DNA of 64,000 bases, from the IMG/VR virus record IMGVR_UViG_3300045988_139610; one strand, written 5' to 3'. Origin of the DNA: a virus. The notes beneath the pieces were generated by a model that worked only from the letters and a program-made list of their open reading frames with translations, did not search any database and was not told where the DNA came from. This document shows positions 63,312 to 64,000 of the stretch, in pieces (position 1 is the stretch's first letter; each line of letters starts with the position of its first letter). Made by a program: the position numbers and the translations under genes.

Positions 63312-63821
63312 ATGGCACAAGAAACTTTATTCGTAATAGAAGGTGCTATGCAAGGGAAACTTCATCCAAATGGTGAAACTGGAACAGAAAAAGACGTAGC
63401 ATTAGATTATGTAAATGCATTTAATTTAGGTCAATCAGAAGATACTTTAAATGCTAGAGCTGATGGTAAAAATAAAATAACATTAAAAGCAAATAAAGCT
63501 ATGACTTTCACAGCAGAAATGGAAGTTATGAATTTTGATATGTTCTTAGTTACTTTAGGAGCTACAAAAGATGCAGAAGGTAAAGTACATATAGGTGATT
63601 CTCCATCTACTACTTATACTTATACAGGAAAAATGAAATTAAAATTCCCAGATGGTACAAGAAAAATATTAAATGCAACAATAGCTAATTGTACTCCACA
63701 AATAACTGAAGACTTTGGTACAAGTTCATTAGATTTACAAACTTATTCTGTAACTTTTGATATAGGTACTGATACAAATGGAGATTTTATGACATTTGAA
63801 GAAGATAAAACAAGTGTGTAA
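63312..63821 (+). CDS. Putative major tail protein
   Basis: 169 aa with a strong SD, followed by a terminator-like hairpin. Its position after the neck genes supports the call. Confidence 0.45.
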   Translation: MAQETLFVIEGAMQGKLHPNGETGTEKDVALDYVNAFNLGQSEDTLNARADGKNKITLKANKAMTFTAEMEVMNFDMFLVTLGATKDAEGKVHIGDSPSTTYTYTGKMKLKFPDGTRKILNATIANCTPQITEDFGTSSLDLQTYSVTFDIGTDTNGDFMTFEEDKTSV

Positions 63822-63845
63822 AAATAATTAATAAATTTTAACTTA

Positions 63846-63875
63846 TGGGGGCAGAAATGTCCCCATATTTTTTTG
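63846..63875 (+). terminator. Intrinsic terminator / attenuator
   Basis: TGGGG-gcagaaatgt-CCCCA followed by tattttttt. Confidence 0.6.
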
Positions 63876-63979
63876 TATACTTTTATAAGAGTATTTAAAT
63901 TAATGGTTTTGCAAAAGTATATAAATTATATGGGGGCAATAAATACCTCCAATAAAATATACAAAAGGAGGATAATTAA

Positions 63980-64000
63980 ATGAGCGATAAAATAAAAGTA
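63980..64000 (+). CDS. Start of next tail-module gene (partial)
   Basis: AAGGAGGA followed by ATG 63980 (MSDKIKV..). Runs off the window. Confidence 0.4.

Larger units (their letters stand above)
40767..63835 (+). repeat. Dispersed boundary motif AAAAATAATTAATAA(A), right-arm copies
   Basis: AAATAATTAATAA starts (by eye) at 40769, 40997, 41805, 43147, 43844, 44639, 57724, 59603, 63282 and 63822. Near-matches lie near 46294, 46913, 47128, 48312 and 59947. All are sense to the plus-strand genes. Confidence 0.8.

Overview
Very AT-rich Firmicute (Clostridium-like) phage-plasmid segment with two divergent arms. Positions 1-33.6 kb are transcribed almost entirely on the minus strand. They hold about 60 small accessory or early genes: Rha/BRO/KilAC regulators, a DNA ligase, ParM/ParR, two tandem sigma-like genes, a tyrosine recombinase, two SprT-like proteases, a J-domain protein and many tiny cassettes. 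Positions 33.6-36.0 kb are an ORF-free, repeat-dense origin-like region with DnaA boxes and iterons. From 36.7 kb the plus strand carries an FtsK-like translocase, a Rep_3 initiator (on the minus strand) with iterons, a DNA methyltransferase, a third sigma-like gene, an HU-like protein, and a phage packaging/head/neck/tail module. TerL and the major capsid gene each appear split by a group-I-like intron carrying a homing endonuclease. The main unexplained signals are non-coding. First, a 13-16 nt motif (AAAAATAATTAATAAA) sits at almost every gene boundary and flips orientation with transcription. Second, a bipartite motif (ATAGGTA-N16-TGTTAATA) occurs 7 times. Third, a cassette array at 29-33 kb repeats a hairpin/GCTCAA/CTATC..GATAG module. 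No rRNA, tRNA or CRISPR array was recognised. All calls come from reading the sequence, with no database searches.
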